From Methanobacteriota archaeon (lineage in GTDB: Archaea; Halobacteriota; Bog-38; Methanoflorentales; Methanoflorentaceae): 64,000 nt of DNA. Position numbers and translations under genes: made by a program. The DNA is taken from contig OY969693.1 of the NCBI GenBank assembly GCA_963701995.1, positions 1,926,105 to 1,990,104 on the forward strand, written 5' to 3'. Shown here piece by piece: positions 1-9,321 of this stretch. Numbering within the stretch: position 1 is the stretch's first letter; each line of letters starts with the position of its first letter. The notes beneath the pieces were generated by a model, which worked only from the letters and a program-made list of their open reading frames with translations, made no database searches and was not told the origin of the DNA.

Positions 1-321
1 GGAGAGCTCCTGCAGCTCCCGCTTTCGCGCTTCCATCTCGCGCAATTCGCTCTCCTGCTTTTTTACCGCAGAGTCGAGAGCGGCGTCGAGGTCCACTGCT
101 GCGTATATTGTTGGAGAGTCGAGTGACGGACGTACCATACCCTTTTCGATGAGACTAGTAAGCGTGCGGTGCACGTCCTCACGGTACGTCTTCAGCGACT
201 TTGCGAGGGGAGAAGGAGTCTTGGGTCCGTACTTGAGCAAGTGATGGTAGAGCTGTGCCTCCTTTTCGCTGAGCCCGAAGCCTATGAGCCGAGTAGTAAA
301 CTCCGCTTCGTCGTCCATCAT
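1..321 (-). CDS. TrmB-family transcriptional regulator, N-terminal winged-HTH part (3' end runs off the window)
   Basis: Reverse translation from ATGATG (316-321) gives MMDDEAEFTTRLIGFGLSEKEAQLYHHLLKYGPKTPSPLAKSLKTYREDVHRTLTSLIEKGMVRPSLDSPTIYAAVDLDAALDSAVKKQESELREMEARKRELQELS. Bases 1-114 are identical to 2661-2774. Confidence 0.8.
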   Translation of the reverse strand, partial: MMDDEAEFTTRLIGFGLSEKEAQLYHHLLKYGPKTPSPLAKSLKTYREDVHRTLTSLIEKGMVRPSLDSPTIYAAVDLDAALDSAVKKQESELREMEARKRELQELS

Positions 322-801
322 AACGAGATATGGTAGGCCGTAGATAAAAGTTACCTTGTTCGATTGTGTCAATATTGCCTTTTTTTGCTAATTATATGTC
401 TAAACGTTTCAGGTAGCGCGCCTACGGCGAGAATAACTGCCACATCACCGATCTCTTGCGCGGTTGGCTTACTTTCCTTGAAGTAAAGCCTACGTGCGTA
501 CGAAAATAAGAGCACAGGCCCATATACAGACACCGCTCGTTAGCCTCGGGGCCTATCATTCTTACGGTAGCCCACGTCCAAAGCTGCACTCTAGCGCTTT
601 TTGTCCACGTTCGGTTTGGTTGACTGTTTTTCGTTATCTCAAAGGAAGAGAGCAGATACTCGGCGTAGGCGGCGTTGCGCTTGAGAACGCTTCGAGCTTT
701 AATTTATCCAGGGGCTCTATTCCTAAGTTGAGCACGACTCTACTTAAAAATGATACGCAACGTGCTTTCGGCAGTCGCACCAGGCTGTTGCCTTAGAGCG
801 T

Positions 802-2022
802 TCAACGTCTCTCCATAAGCGTGTCTGCTAGCTCTTGTAAACGCGCCAAATTGCGCATAACAAGCAGAACCTTCGGATTCGCTGCAACTAACCGCAGTGC
901 GACACTTGCAAAGCTCATCTCTTGTGGTCTTACGCCCTTCAATGACCGTATGAGCTTGTTTAGCTCGTTATCAGACAAGGTTGCTACCAACTCCTTGATT
1001 CGGTAGTTGTGCTTCTGCAGTTTGCCGAAAAGTGAGCGACGCCGCGTATCCTCATATTCCTTAAGAACGCGAACTGAAGAGTCTCGTTGCCGCACCGCCT
1101 TACGCGCAACGTTCCCTGCTATTTTTCCCCCTTCCATTGCATTGGTAATACCAGCACCGCTAAGAGGATCGCAATGGTGTGCAGCGTCACCTACCAGCAT
1201 CAGTCCGTTACATATTACGGTTTTGAGCTCATCGCTGCCAGGGCCGCTTCCCATGATAAGCCCAAGCTGTTGTCCCTCGGGAAATTGTTTCGAGATAAAC
1301 TTGTCCAAGTAATCTATGGGCCTGCTTCCGTTCAGCATGCTCGCTTGCATGCCAAGCCCTACGTTTGCGAGCTTTTCACCCTTGGGAAAAACCCATGCAT
1401 AGCCTCCTGCTGCTCGCGAACCGAGGTAGATGTCGCACGAGTCTTCTGCCACATCGATATTGGCCATTAGGTACTGTGCGCCGCTCCCAACGTCTTTAAG
1501 CTTAAGCGCAGTATTTATCCCAGCCCATCGACCGACCTGTGACTCCACGCCATCTGCACCTATCACAACTTTTGAGCGTACCTCGAGACTCTCTCCTAGT
1601 CTTTTAATTTTGACGCCGTTCACCACCCCGTCTTCTACTATAAGCCCCGTAGCACGTGTGCGCACAAGGACGTCCGCACCGGCCCGCGCCGCTTCTTTTG
1701 CGAGCTCGCGGTCGAAGATCTTGCGTTCAAGGATGTAAGCAAGTTCACCCTCAATTCCCATCGCCTCAGCCGATACTTCGAGCGTAGTGCCGTCAGGGGC
1801 GAAGATCCGATATCCACGAATATAGCTTGAAATCCACTTTCTGTCGGGCTGTGCGAGTTTTATGAAAGCGCTCTTAAGAACTCCTTCTGCGCAGCGGACA
1901 GGTGCACCTATTTCCTGACGTTTCTCAATCAGCAGCACATCGCAATCTTCAGCAGCGATGCGCGCTGCTACAGATCCTCCTGGACCTGCTCCCACTACAA
2001 TTACATCGTACTCATCTCTCAC
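802..2022 (-). CDS. Geranylgeranyl reductase family protein (digeranylgeranylglycerophospholipid reductase-like)
   Basis: 406-aa ORF. N-terminal FAD fold YDVIVVGAGPGGSVAARIAAE, then LLIEKRQEIGAPVRCAEGV and a later GDAA motif, all typical of archaeal GGR. Confidence 0.85.
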   Translation of the reverse strand: MRDEYDVIVVGAGPGGSVAARIAAEDCDVLLIEKRQEIGAPVRCAEGVLKSAFIKLAQPDRKWISSYIRGYRIFAPDGTTLEVSAEAMGIEGELAYILERKIFDRELAKEAARAGADVLVRTRATGLIVEDGVVNGVKIKRLGESLEVRSKVVIGADGVESQVGRWAGINTALKLKDVGSGAQYLMANIDVAEDSCDIYLGSRAAGGYAWVFPKGEKLANVGLGMQASMLNGSRPIDYLDKFISKQFPEGQQLGLIMGSGPGSDELKTVICNGLMLVGDAAHHCDPLSGAGITNAMEGGKIAGNVARKAVRQRDSSVRVLKEYEDTRRRSLFGKLQKHNYRIKELVATLSDNELNKLIRSLKGVRPQEMSFASVALRLVAANPKVLLVMRNLARLQELADTLMERR

Positions 2023-2143
2023 GTTTACACCCCCGCTCTACGGTTCTACCGGAGCTTTGTGTGGCTAGCGTCCGTGCGTCGCTCGACCTCGTTTCTGACG
2101 ACCCGGTGCAGCCGAGGCAACCGATGCGGCGCGTGCGGCTCCC

Positions 2144-2978
2144 TTAGGCTTTTGGAGGCCCTTGGTGCTGAAGCTTCTCGATCTGCTCGCTTGCTGGCAC
2201 AGACTGTTCCCACAACGTGTCAAAGGTAAGGGCAAGATAGTTGGCATAGGTCGGATCATCGGTCCAGAGCAATGAAATCGGCTCATTCAGCGAAACACGG
2301 TGGATCTCGACGTTGATCGCACTAACACAATGTTTTTTGTCCACCACTGCGAAGTACGACCCTCTGTAATTGTCACAGTGCCGCAAATCTTCGCCAATGT
2401 CTAACAGCTCTTGAGCCGGCGCAATATCTGCGTACCTCACTTCAGTGATTCCCCTAATGTGCCCGCCTTGCTCTAACATTTTTTGGCTTCCGCGTTTATG
2501 CCGAACAAGGAGGCTTGACCAACATTTCTGCAGGAACCACATACAAGAATGTGTTCTTTGCATAGGATACGAGAGTCGCAGTAGCGGCGACGAGTTCCTT
2601 GACGCTCTTGATGATCTTGAACGTCGTAACTTCGTCCGAGGGTCGGAACCGCTGTTGCTTGGAGAGCTCCTGCAGCTCCCGCTTTCGCGCTTCCATCTCG
2701 CGCAATTCGCTCTCCTGCTTTTTTACCGCAGAGTCGAGAGCGGCGTCGAGGTCCACTGCTGCGTATATTGTTGGCGAATCCAGCGAGGGGCGCACCATGC
2801 CCTTTTCAATAAGACTGCTGAGCCCCCGGTGTACGTCTTCACGGTACGTCTTCAGCGACTTTGCGAGCGGCGAGGGGGTCTTGGGGCCGTACTTGAGAAG
2901 GTGCAGATAGAGACGAGCCTCTTTTTCACTAAGCCCGAATCCGATCAGCCGCGAGGTAAATGCCGCGTCGTCGTCCAT
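2144..2978 (-). pseudogene. TrmB-family regulator (wHTH + C-terminal sensor-like domain) broken by two frameshifts
   Basis: The HTH part (MDDDAAFTSRLIGFGLSEKEARLYLHLLKYGP..., start 2978) ends at 2496. The C-terminal part (..GGHIRGITEV..LWTDDPTYANYL..) is in another frame (2144-2563). The linking peptide QASLFGINAEAKK is readable only in the third frame around 2485-2530. Confidence 0.7.
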
Positions 2979-3421
2979 CACAACCGATGCGCAGTAGCGA
3001 GTAAATAAGCGTTTTGCAGCGACAGAGTCGTTTGGCGATAGCAATATCTTAAAGCGGCGGCAATAGAATCCTAGCCGTGGTTCAGCGCTTCTGAACAACG
3101 TAGTTGCGATGCTAGCTATCAAGGGCAGCGGTTTGGCGTACTGAGCTAGTTCGTGCACAAATCCAGAGACACGCACGCGGGAAGCGTAATAAGCTGGAGA
3201 TCCTCTCTCGCATTGATAGCGGCTCATCAAAACTAGGCAGGCAGAAAAAAGCACAAGTGGAAGCGTTTTGAGCTGCAGTCGTCAATCAAGCACGTGGAGA
3301 ACCTTGTTTCAATAGCTCGTCGATCCGTTCGGTAGCCGGAATTGATTGCCCAAAGTCTTAGCAAATCTATCAGCGTGTAGCTACTCGCTTCGAATGCGCT
3401 CTGAATATGCGCGGATCTTCT

Positions 3422-3880
3422 TCAAAACTCGCGGATCCGCTTTTGCGCATCCGTAGCTTCTGCCCAAGCTATATCGAAGCTTGACAGCAGGTACTCGGCG
3501 TAGTCAGGATCATCAGTCCAGAATGCCACGATCTTGTCATCAAGTGAGAGATCTTCGACGTTGAGGTGAATGGAACTAATGCTTTGACTTTTGTCTCCGA
3601 CGAGCATAAACGAGCCCGTGTAGATTTCAATATGGCGCACGGCTTCCCCATTGTCGATGAGTTCGCTTACAGTTTCGACGTATGGAGATGAGATCGTAGT
3701 GATTCCGCGCACTCGTCCACCCTTTTGTATCAGGCTTTTCGCTTTCACGTTGTATTTCGCAGCCATCACCAACATAGGTGCAGGGATAATCCACGCAATC
3801 TCTCTCTCTGCAGATTCTATGATCGTTGAGCCCACCGCTATGGCGTCTTTCACACTTTCAACGATTGTCTCCCTAACCAT
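3422..3880 (-). CDS. TrmB C-terminal-domain-only protein (no HTH)
   Basis: 152-aa ORF. KGGRVRGIT..VRHIE..FWTDDPDYAEYLLSSFDIAW aligns with the C-terminal halves of the neighbouring TrmB genes, and no wHTH segment is present. Confidence 0.75.
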   Translation of the reverse strand: MVRETIVESVKDAIAVGSTIIESAEREIAWIIPAPMLVMAAKYNVKAKSLIQKGGRVRGITTISSPYVETVSELIDNGEAVRHIEIYTGSFMLVGDKSQSISSIHLNVEDLSLDDKIVAFWTDDPDYAEYLLSSFDIAWAEATDAQKRIREF

Positions 3881-3903
3881 TAATAGAACGAAGTGTCTTA
3901 GGG

Positions 3904-3911
3904 TTTATAAA
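3904..3911 (-). promoter_or_regulatory. TATA-box-like element upstream of 3422..3880
   Basis: TTTATAAA lies 24-31 nt upstream of the ATG at 3880. Similar boxes sit upstream of the starts at 321, 2978, 4726 and 5289. Confidence 0.4.
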
Positions 3912-4011
3912 GTTGCGTGACATCATTTCTTCACGTGCTATTACGCCGAGGAGCTGAGTCTCAGTGAGCTGTATGCAACATTGAGCGTTCTCATTGCCGA
4001 GCGTCCGCTCT

Positions 4012-4726
4012 TCACGTCTGCGGCGGACCTCGTTTTAAAAGCTCTTGAATCCGCTCTGCCGCTGGAACTGACTGTTTCCACAACATTTCGAACGTAGACG
4101 CGAGATGCTGGGCATACGTAGGATCGTCGGTCCACAAGGCTGCCATCGGTGAGCTCAGCGAGACGCGAGCGGGGATACTAATTGCCGTCACACTAGTTTT
4201 TCGGTCGAACACGACAAACGTGACGCTGTGCTGATCGATATGGCGCACTTCTTCGCCGATGTTCAATAGCTCGCGTACGTTGTCGATAACGGGATATGAG
4301 ACGTCGATTATCGTTCTTGCTTTCCTCCGCGCTGAATGAACTCTCCGGCGGCATCGTTGATGCCAAACAATGAGGTAACGACCGACGCCAGGCCAGGTAC
4401 GGCTACAAGCCATTCCTCCTTCATCGAGTCCAACAGGGGTAAAGCAGCAGCGACGAGTTCCTTGACGCTCTTGATGATCTTGAACGTCGTAACTTCGTCC
4501 GAGGGTCGGAACCGCTGTTGCTTGGAGAGCTCCTGCAGCTCCCGCTTTCGCGCTTCCATCTCGCGCAATTCGCTCTCGGTTTCTTGAGTGCGGACTCAAG
4601 TGCGGTGTCGAGGTCCACGCGGCGTAGGTTGTTGGCATGGAGATAAAGATGGGCTTCCTTTTCGTTAAGCTCGAAGCCAGTGAGACTGGTGATGAATGTT
4701 GCCTCGTTATCCATAGCCACAACCAT
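4012..4726 (-). pseudogene. Degraded TrmB-family regulator (internal deletion of HTH core plus frameshifts)
   Basis: Three overlapping frames carry the pieces. These are MDNEATFITSLTGFELNEKEAHLYLH then a jump to VDLDTALESALKK; MREMEARKRELQELSKQQRFRPSDEVTTFKIIKSVKELVAA; and ..VRHIDQH..ALWTDDPTYAQHLASTFEMLW. Bases 4450-4577 are identical to 2587-2714. Confidence 0.75.
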
Positions 4727-4821
4727 TCCGCGGCAGACTGTAGATAAACGTTACTACTAATAGCTCAGATTAAGAGGCTCCTTAGCGGCAACCGCCGGTT
4801 AAAAAACGAAAGGCGTGCGAT

Positions 4822-5289
4822 CTATAGCTCTCGTACCCGCTTTTCTGCATCGACTGCTTCGTTCCATGCAGTCTCAAACGTGGCGGTCAGAAAATCAGCG
4901 TAGGCTTGGTCATCGGTCCAGAACGCCACTATCGGATCGTCAAGCGAGAACTCGGTATTCACGTTGATCGAACTAATGCTTTCTTTTTTGTCTCCGATAA
5001 GCATGAATGCTCCCTGGTACTGGTCGATGTGGCGCACTTCTTCGCCGTTGTCCAAGAGCTTGCGGACGATATCAAGGGAGGTTCCTGAAATCTTGGTGAT
5101 CCCCCGTACGCGTCCGCCTTTTTCTATCAACATTTTGGACTTCTTTGGTAAACCGAATTGAAAGGAGAAGGCCAATATAGCAGGTTCGAGAAGCCACACG
5201 ACTTCCTTCTCCGCAGATTCTATGATATTTGAACCTACGGCTAAGGCGTCTTTGACACTTTCAATAATGATTCGCTCGGCCATTATCAT
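4822..5289 (-). CDS. TrmB C-terminal-domain-only protein (paralogue of 3422..3880)
   Basis: 155-aa ORF. IIESVKDALAVGSNIIESAEKE..KGGRVRGITKI..VRHIDQYQGAFMLIGD..FWTDDQAYADFL is collinear with 3422..3880. Confidence 0.75.
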   Translation of the reverse strand: MIMAERIIIESVKDALAVGSNIIESAEKEVVWLLEPAILAFSFQFGLPKKSKMLIEKGGRVRGITKISGTSLDIVRKLLDNGEEVRHIDQYQGAFMLIGDKKESISSINVNTEFSLDDPIVAFWTDDQAYADFLTATFETAWNEAVDAEKRVREL

Positions 5290-5694
5290 CAGATAACGTC
5301 GTCGAGCTTATAAAACTGTACCTCCGAACGCGTCGCAAGGCTTATCGTCGCTCGGATGCGCCCTTTGGGGGGCAAGAACCTGTTAGATCTGTAATGCCGG
5401 CCACACGGCGGTATGTTTTCTTCAAAGTGAATCCCAAACGGCAAAAAAAAGAACGATGAAGCTCACTAGCACCGGTCGTCGGCGCCATCGATCGTTGTTT
5501 TGCTCTCACTCAATTTACACTCTGTTGCGGCGCTTCATTATAGCTTTATTGGGACAAGCGGCAGTCGCCGGTTGGTTTTAGACTGAGCACTTGCCACAAC
5601 GGTTGACGCGGGCCCGGCTAGCGCTTCAGGATTCATTCTAGGCGTAAACGAAGGCCGTTGCTCAGCTGCGCTATCTATACAAAACTGAAACGTC

Positions 5695-6969
5695 TTAATT
5701 CGATGGAGCGATGGACTCTAATGACGGGTGTCCTTGCTTCAGCAGCTCGTCTATGCGCTCTTTTGCGCATGACGCCTGCTCCCAAGCCATCTCAAACGCG
5801 CTCACAAGAAATTCCGCTTGCGCAACGCTATCGCTCCATAGCGCCGCAACATTTTCGTCTAGAGAAAGGGCAGCCTTCAGAGTGGCGTGAATGAGGCTGA
5901 TGCTTCGCTTGCCATCGGCCACTAGCAGCGTCATGCCGCGGTATGGGTTTATATGTCGCAGTTCAATGCCACCTTCCAGGTACTCGCGTCCCGCAGAAAG
6001 GTTCTGGAGTGAGATTTCAAGCACGCCGCGAACATGCACGTCGCGGCCCACGGCACATTTGAGATGATCCAGCAAGCCTCCCATCGTGATGAGGTTGAAT
6101 TGAGGATGGGCGACGAAGACAACAGACGTCTCTGCCGAGTTGATGAGCTGCGAGATGGCAGCAACAAGTTCGCCGACGATTTTCAACATCTTGAACGCGT
6201 GAGCGTTGTCTGCTCCGCGGCTGAGCGCGCCGTTTGTTTCCCCCACAAGCTCATTCTTGACCCTCTGCAACCGACGCAGCTCGTGCTGGCGGAACATGAG
6301 CGCGGCATCGAGCGCTTCGTCAAGGTCTACAGGCGCGTAGCGTGACGAATCTCTCACGCTTTTCACGATCATACCTGCGTCAATCAATCTTGCGCATCGG
6401 CGATAAGCGTCCTCACGGTACGTTTTGAGAGATCGCGCGAGGTCGCCAGCGCGCTTCGGTCCGTACTTGAGCAAGTGCACGTAGAGCTGAGCCTCCTTTT
6501 CACCGAGCCCGAACTCACTAAGCAGTTTTGTAAGCGCTTGCTCGTTGTCGAGTGCGAGAGCCTTAGATGGGGGGGTTTCGTCTGAGGCAAGGAATTGCGT
6601 GTCATTCACGAGCACACTGAGCTCCCTCTTTATCTCCTCCATCCGGCGAAGTTCGCGTTGGCGGGGGAGCAGCACGGCGTCGAGCGCATCGTCTAAGTGC
6701 ATCGCGGTATAGACAGACGGGCTCTCCCTCTTTGCGGTCACCATGGTCTTATCGGCGAGGCTTGCAAGTTTTCGATAAACCTGCAGGCGATACGTTTTGA
6801 GAGATCGCGCGAGGTCGCCAGCGCGCTTCGGTCCGTACTTGAGCAAGTGCACGTAGAGCTGAGCCTCCTTTTCACCGAGCCCGAACTCAGTCAGCAGTTT
6901 TGTGCAGGGTTCTGCATTGATGCCATAGGCCCCGTTATTCGTGCGGTAACTCGGCATCTCACCAAACAT
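5695..6969 (-). CDS. TrmB-family regulator with two tandem winged-HTH modules and one C-terminal domain
   Basis: The segment EFGLGEKEAQLYVHLLKYGPKRAGDLARSLKTYR occurs twice, each followed by a coiled-coil (RELRRMEEIKREL / HELRRLQRVKNEL). A TrmB C-domain follows (..IELRHINPYRG..ALWSDSVAQAEFL). Start taken at MFGEMPSY. Confidence 0.8.
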   Translation of the reverse strand: MFGEMPSYRTNNGAYGINAEPCTKLLTEFGLGEKEAQLYVHLLKYGPKRAGDLARSLKTYRLQVYRKLASLADKTMVTAKRESPSVYTAMHLDDALDAVLLPRQRELRRMEEIKRELSVLVNDTQFLASDETPPSKALALDNEQALTKLLSEFGLGEKEAQLYVHLLKYGPKRAGDLARSLKTYREDAYRRCARLIDAGMIVKSVRDSSRYAPVDLDEALDAALMFRQHELRRLQRVKNELVGETNGALSRGADNAHAFKMLKIVGELVAAISQLINSAETSVVFVAHPQFNLITMGGLLDHLKCAVGRDVHVRGVLEISLQNLSAGREYLEGGIELRHINPYRGMTLLVADGKRSISLIHATLKAALSLDENVAALWSDSVAQAEFLVSAFEMAWEQASCAKERIDELLKQGHPSLESIAPSN

Positions 6970-7336
6970 CGTGATCCCCCGCAAAATGTGTGTTCGCCAT
7001 TTTTTCTTCGCGCGCCTCTGCAGCGCCGCCAGCGTAAAGCGCTGCCCATGTGCGCGACGCGTTGGTGTAGTTCACGCCACAGTGCAGCTCGTAATTTACC
7101 GCGTTTGTCAAGCGTTGTGCGCACCTGCGGCAGTGGGGGTCGAGCGCGGCGTTAAGGCAGCCAAAGTGGACCCCGTAATAGCACCCCGAATTCTTCGTGA
7201 CCATGTCCGTTGCCTCCTGCTGATCCTGCGCGAAAAAGCGGTATAAGGCCGCGTGAACACATTTGTGTGTCACAGCTTGGTGGAGGCGACCAACGCTTCG
7301 AGCACTAGCCGGCGCTCTCGCTGTAGCCACACACAC
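6959..7336 (-). CDS. Hypothetical Cys-rich protein (start uncertain; alternative ATG at 7204)
   Basis: The ORF carries CYYGVHFGCL..DPHCRRCAQR..ELHCGVNY. No family was recognised, and it overlaps the TrmB gene start by 11 nt. Confidence 0.3.
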   Translation of the reverse strand: MCVATARAPASARSVGRLHQAVTHKCVHAALYRFFAQDQQEATDMVTKNSGCYYGVHFGCLNAALDPHCRRCAQRLTNAVNYELHCGVNYTNASRTWAALYAGGAAEAREEKMANTHFAGDHDVW

Positions 7337-7425
7337 AAAAAAAATCTCAGATTACCGATGCACGAACCTGTAACGTTTGTGCACGCCTTTCCTCGTCGCG
7401 CGGGTGTTCAGAGGTAATAAGTCGA

Positions 7426-8424
7426 TTACCGCTGAAACGCGTCGCGCGCCAAGTTGGCTACCGCAAATGCCGGGAACACTTTTGAAAGCTCTTTGCCGTA
7501 CTGCTGTGAGAGCAAGTGGCACTCAAGTCTCACTTTTGAAGCGGCTTTAGCTATGAGAAACTCTCCGAGGCCCGCGCCCACGACCGCGTTTAAGTCGTGT
7601 TTGCGTGCTTGAAAAGCGAGGGCTTGAGCAAGCTCATCGGTCTGGGCGCGCTCTACCTGTCGGGCAACGTCGCGAGCGTTCTTTCGGCCAAGCTCATCCA
7701 CGTCACAAAGCAGGACTCTAGCGATTCTTCGATAACAGGCCTCAAGATCGCGCGGTCGGGCATCCGGCGTGTCGCACGCGTAATCCTCGGCGTTAATGTT
7801 ACCGAGAACGCGATGGGCGTCGGCGGCAATCGCGAACAGTTCGGAAGCCAGCCAATACTTCTCCCCATTGAGGGTTACGAGCCGCAAAATGGTCGCGATA
7901 TTGGTTCTAAGCGCTCCAGTGTAGATGAGCTCACGTTCTCGCAACCGCTCAAAATCCGTTGTCATGGCGGCTGGTTTTCCGTCCCGTATGGGAATCACGT
8001 CGCACGTCGTGCTCCCCAGATCCACGAATATGCAGTCCGTGACACACCGTGAAACAAAAGCGGCTGAAGCCGTCCAGTTTGATGCGGCGTACAAGGAGGC
8101 CTCGCTCTCAGCGATCTGCCGCGTAAACTGGCCGCGAACGTTCAGATAGCACGGCCTCGCAAAAACTGAGTCGACTAAAGACGCGATCGAGCAGATCCCT
8201 TCCTTCTTACTCTTGAACGCGTCGGCGAGCTCGCCTGTGATCACGACGCCCACGCGTGTCGGCTGAAACTCCTCCCTTATGCGTCGCAACTCGCCGGCGA
8301 GGTCGTTGTCCCGCCACAGTGGCAGGTAAAGGCTTCTCGCCTCCCCGCTGGCGGACGCTACTTTTGTATTTGCTCCCCCGATGTCGATTCCAATCGTATC
8401 GCTTAGGGCCATTTGGGTGCTCAA
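7426..8424 (-). CDS. Hydantoinase-A/ASKHA-fold protein of the 'H4MPT-linked C1 transfer pathway' type (MfnF-like)
   Basis: 332 aa. N-terminal IGIDIGGANTKVA and a second phosphate motif FVDLGSTTCDVIPI, with length and layout like the methanofuran/H4MPT-associated family. Confidence 0.55.
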   Translation of the reverse strand: MSTQMALSDTIGIDIGGANTKVASASGEARSLYLPLWRDNDLAGELRRIREEFQPTRVGVVITGELADAFKSKKEGICSIASLVDSVFARPCYLNVRGQFTRQIAESEASLYAASNWTASAAFVSRCVTDCIFVDLGSTTCDVIPIRDGKPAAMTTDFERLRERELIYTGALRTNIATILRLVTLNGEKYWLASELFAIAADAHRVLGNINAEDYACDTPDARPRDLEACYRRIARVLLCDVDELGRKNARDVARQVERAQTDELAQALAFQARKHDLNAVVGAGLGEFLIAKAASKVRLECHLLSQQYGKELSKVFPAFAVANLARDAFQR

Positions 8425-8430
8425 ACGGGG

Positions 8431-9306
8431 CTAGATGGTTCCGCAGTTGGTTCGGAAGGTGTGTGTGCCATGTGGTGTCAGAAGCGTCGGTAATTCTTGC
8501 CCGAATCGCGCTTTGAGAATCAAATCGGCAACGTTGCCTATCACTTTATCGACACTAACGATGGCTGTCGTCGGACGTGGATTCACGTCGACGATGTTAA
8601 CGACGCCGTCGGGCTGAAGCACGATGTCGACGCCGACGTACCCTTCGCAACCTAGCAGCTGTGCGGCTCTCACCGCTTGAGTAATAACGTTGTTGGCGTT
8701 AGGGACTGCGTACGGCGTCGTGTTCCCGACGTAATGGATCGCATCATCTATGCGAAGGTGCTGCTTGTTGATCGATAACGGAAGCGCTGTCCTGCCAATG
8801 ATGAGGCTTACGCTTATGTGGTCTCCCGTCACGAACCTCGAAACAAGCGTGTTCTCGTCCACGCCGTTGGCCTCGAACGTTTCGACGATCCTGATCCTTT
8901 CCGCGCCGCAGCCGTAGCGTGGCTTCAAAACGTACGGGCCTGTCAGAGGGCTTATTTCAGGAACGGTCAGTGATCCTTCCGAAAGCGCGAGAGACGCGCT
9001 GAGTTTGTCCGCCGCTCTCCTCACTGCCTCTGCCGGACACCCGAGATTCGTGGTGTGCTGTTCCACGAGCGCGGTGAAATCGTACAGGACGTTGTCGGGT
9101 GCTATGATCATCCCTGCGTCACAGGATCGTGCTAGTTGCTTTACCTGGCTGCAAAAAATGTCAGCGTCGCCTGTGCAAAGTCGCGGCACGTGCACGACGT
9201 GCCCGCTGCGTTGAAAGCCTCCTTTCAGCGTTTCGAGCAAGGCTCGCCCTGCTTCAGCGAGATCGGGAAGCATCGCGCTTGCGTATTCGGCCAAGAGTAT
9301 GTCCAC
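8431..9306 (-). CDS. ATP-grasp ligase (MfnD/tyramine-glutamate ligase-like)
   Basis: 291 aa. ATP-grasp core YVLKPRYGCGAERI ... GCEGYVGVDIVLQPDGVVNIVDVNPRPTT. Lies 7 nt from the preceding gene. Confidence 0.6.
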   Translation of the reverse strand: MDILLAEYASAMLPDLAEAGRALLETLKGGFQRSGHVVHVPRLCTGDADIFCSQVKQLARSCDAGMIIAPDNVLYDFTALVEQHTTNLGCPAEAVRRAADKLSASLALSEGSLTVPEISPLTGPYVLKPRYGCGAERIRIVETFEANGVDENTLVSRFVTGDHISVSLIIGRTALPLSINKQHLRIDDAIHYVGNTTPYAVPNANNVITQAVRAAQLLGCEGYVGVDIVLQPDGVVNIVDVNPRPTTAIVSVDKVIGNVADLILKARFGQELPTLLTPHGTHTFRTNCGTI

Positions 9307-9321
9307 AGAGCCTCCTAGGAT

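Noticed and set aside
494-796. 100-aa plus-strand ORF between the partial TrmB gene and the GGR gene
   Set aside because: There is no RBS or TATA context and the composition is unconvincing. The region more likely holds the GGR 3' flank and the TrmB promoter.
2479-2540. Programmed ribosomal frameshift joining the two halves of the TrmB gene 2144..2978
   Set aside because: Restoring the protein needs two separate shifts through a third frame within about 50 nt, and a paralogue (4012..4726) is clearly decaying. It was treated as a pseudogene or sequencing error.
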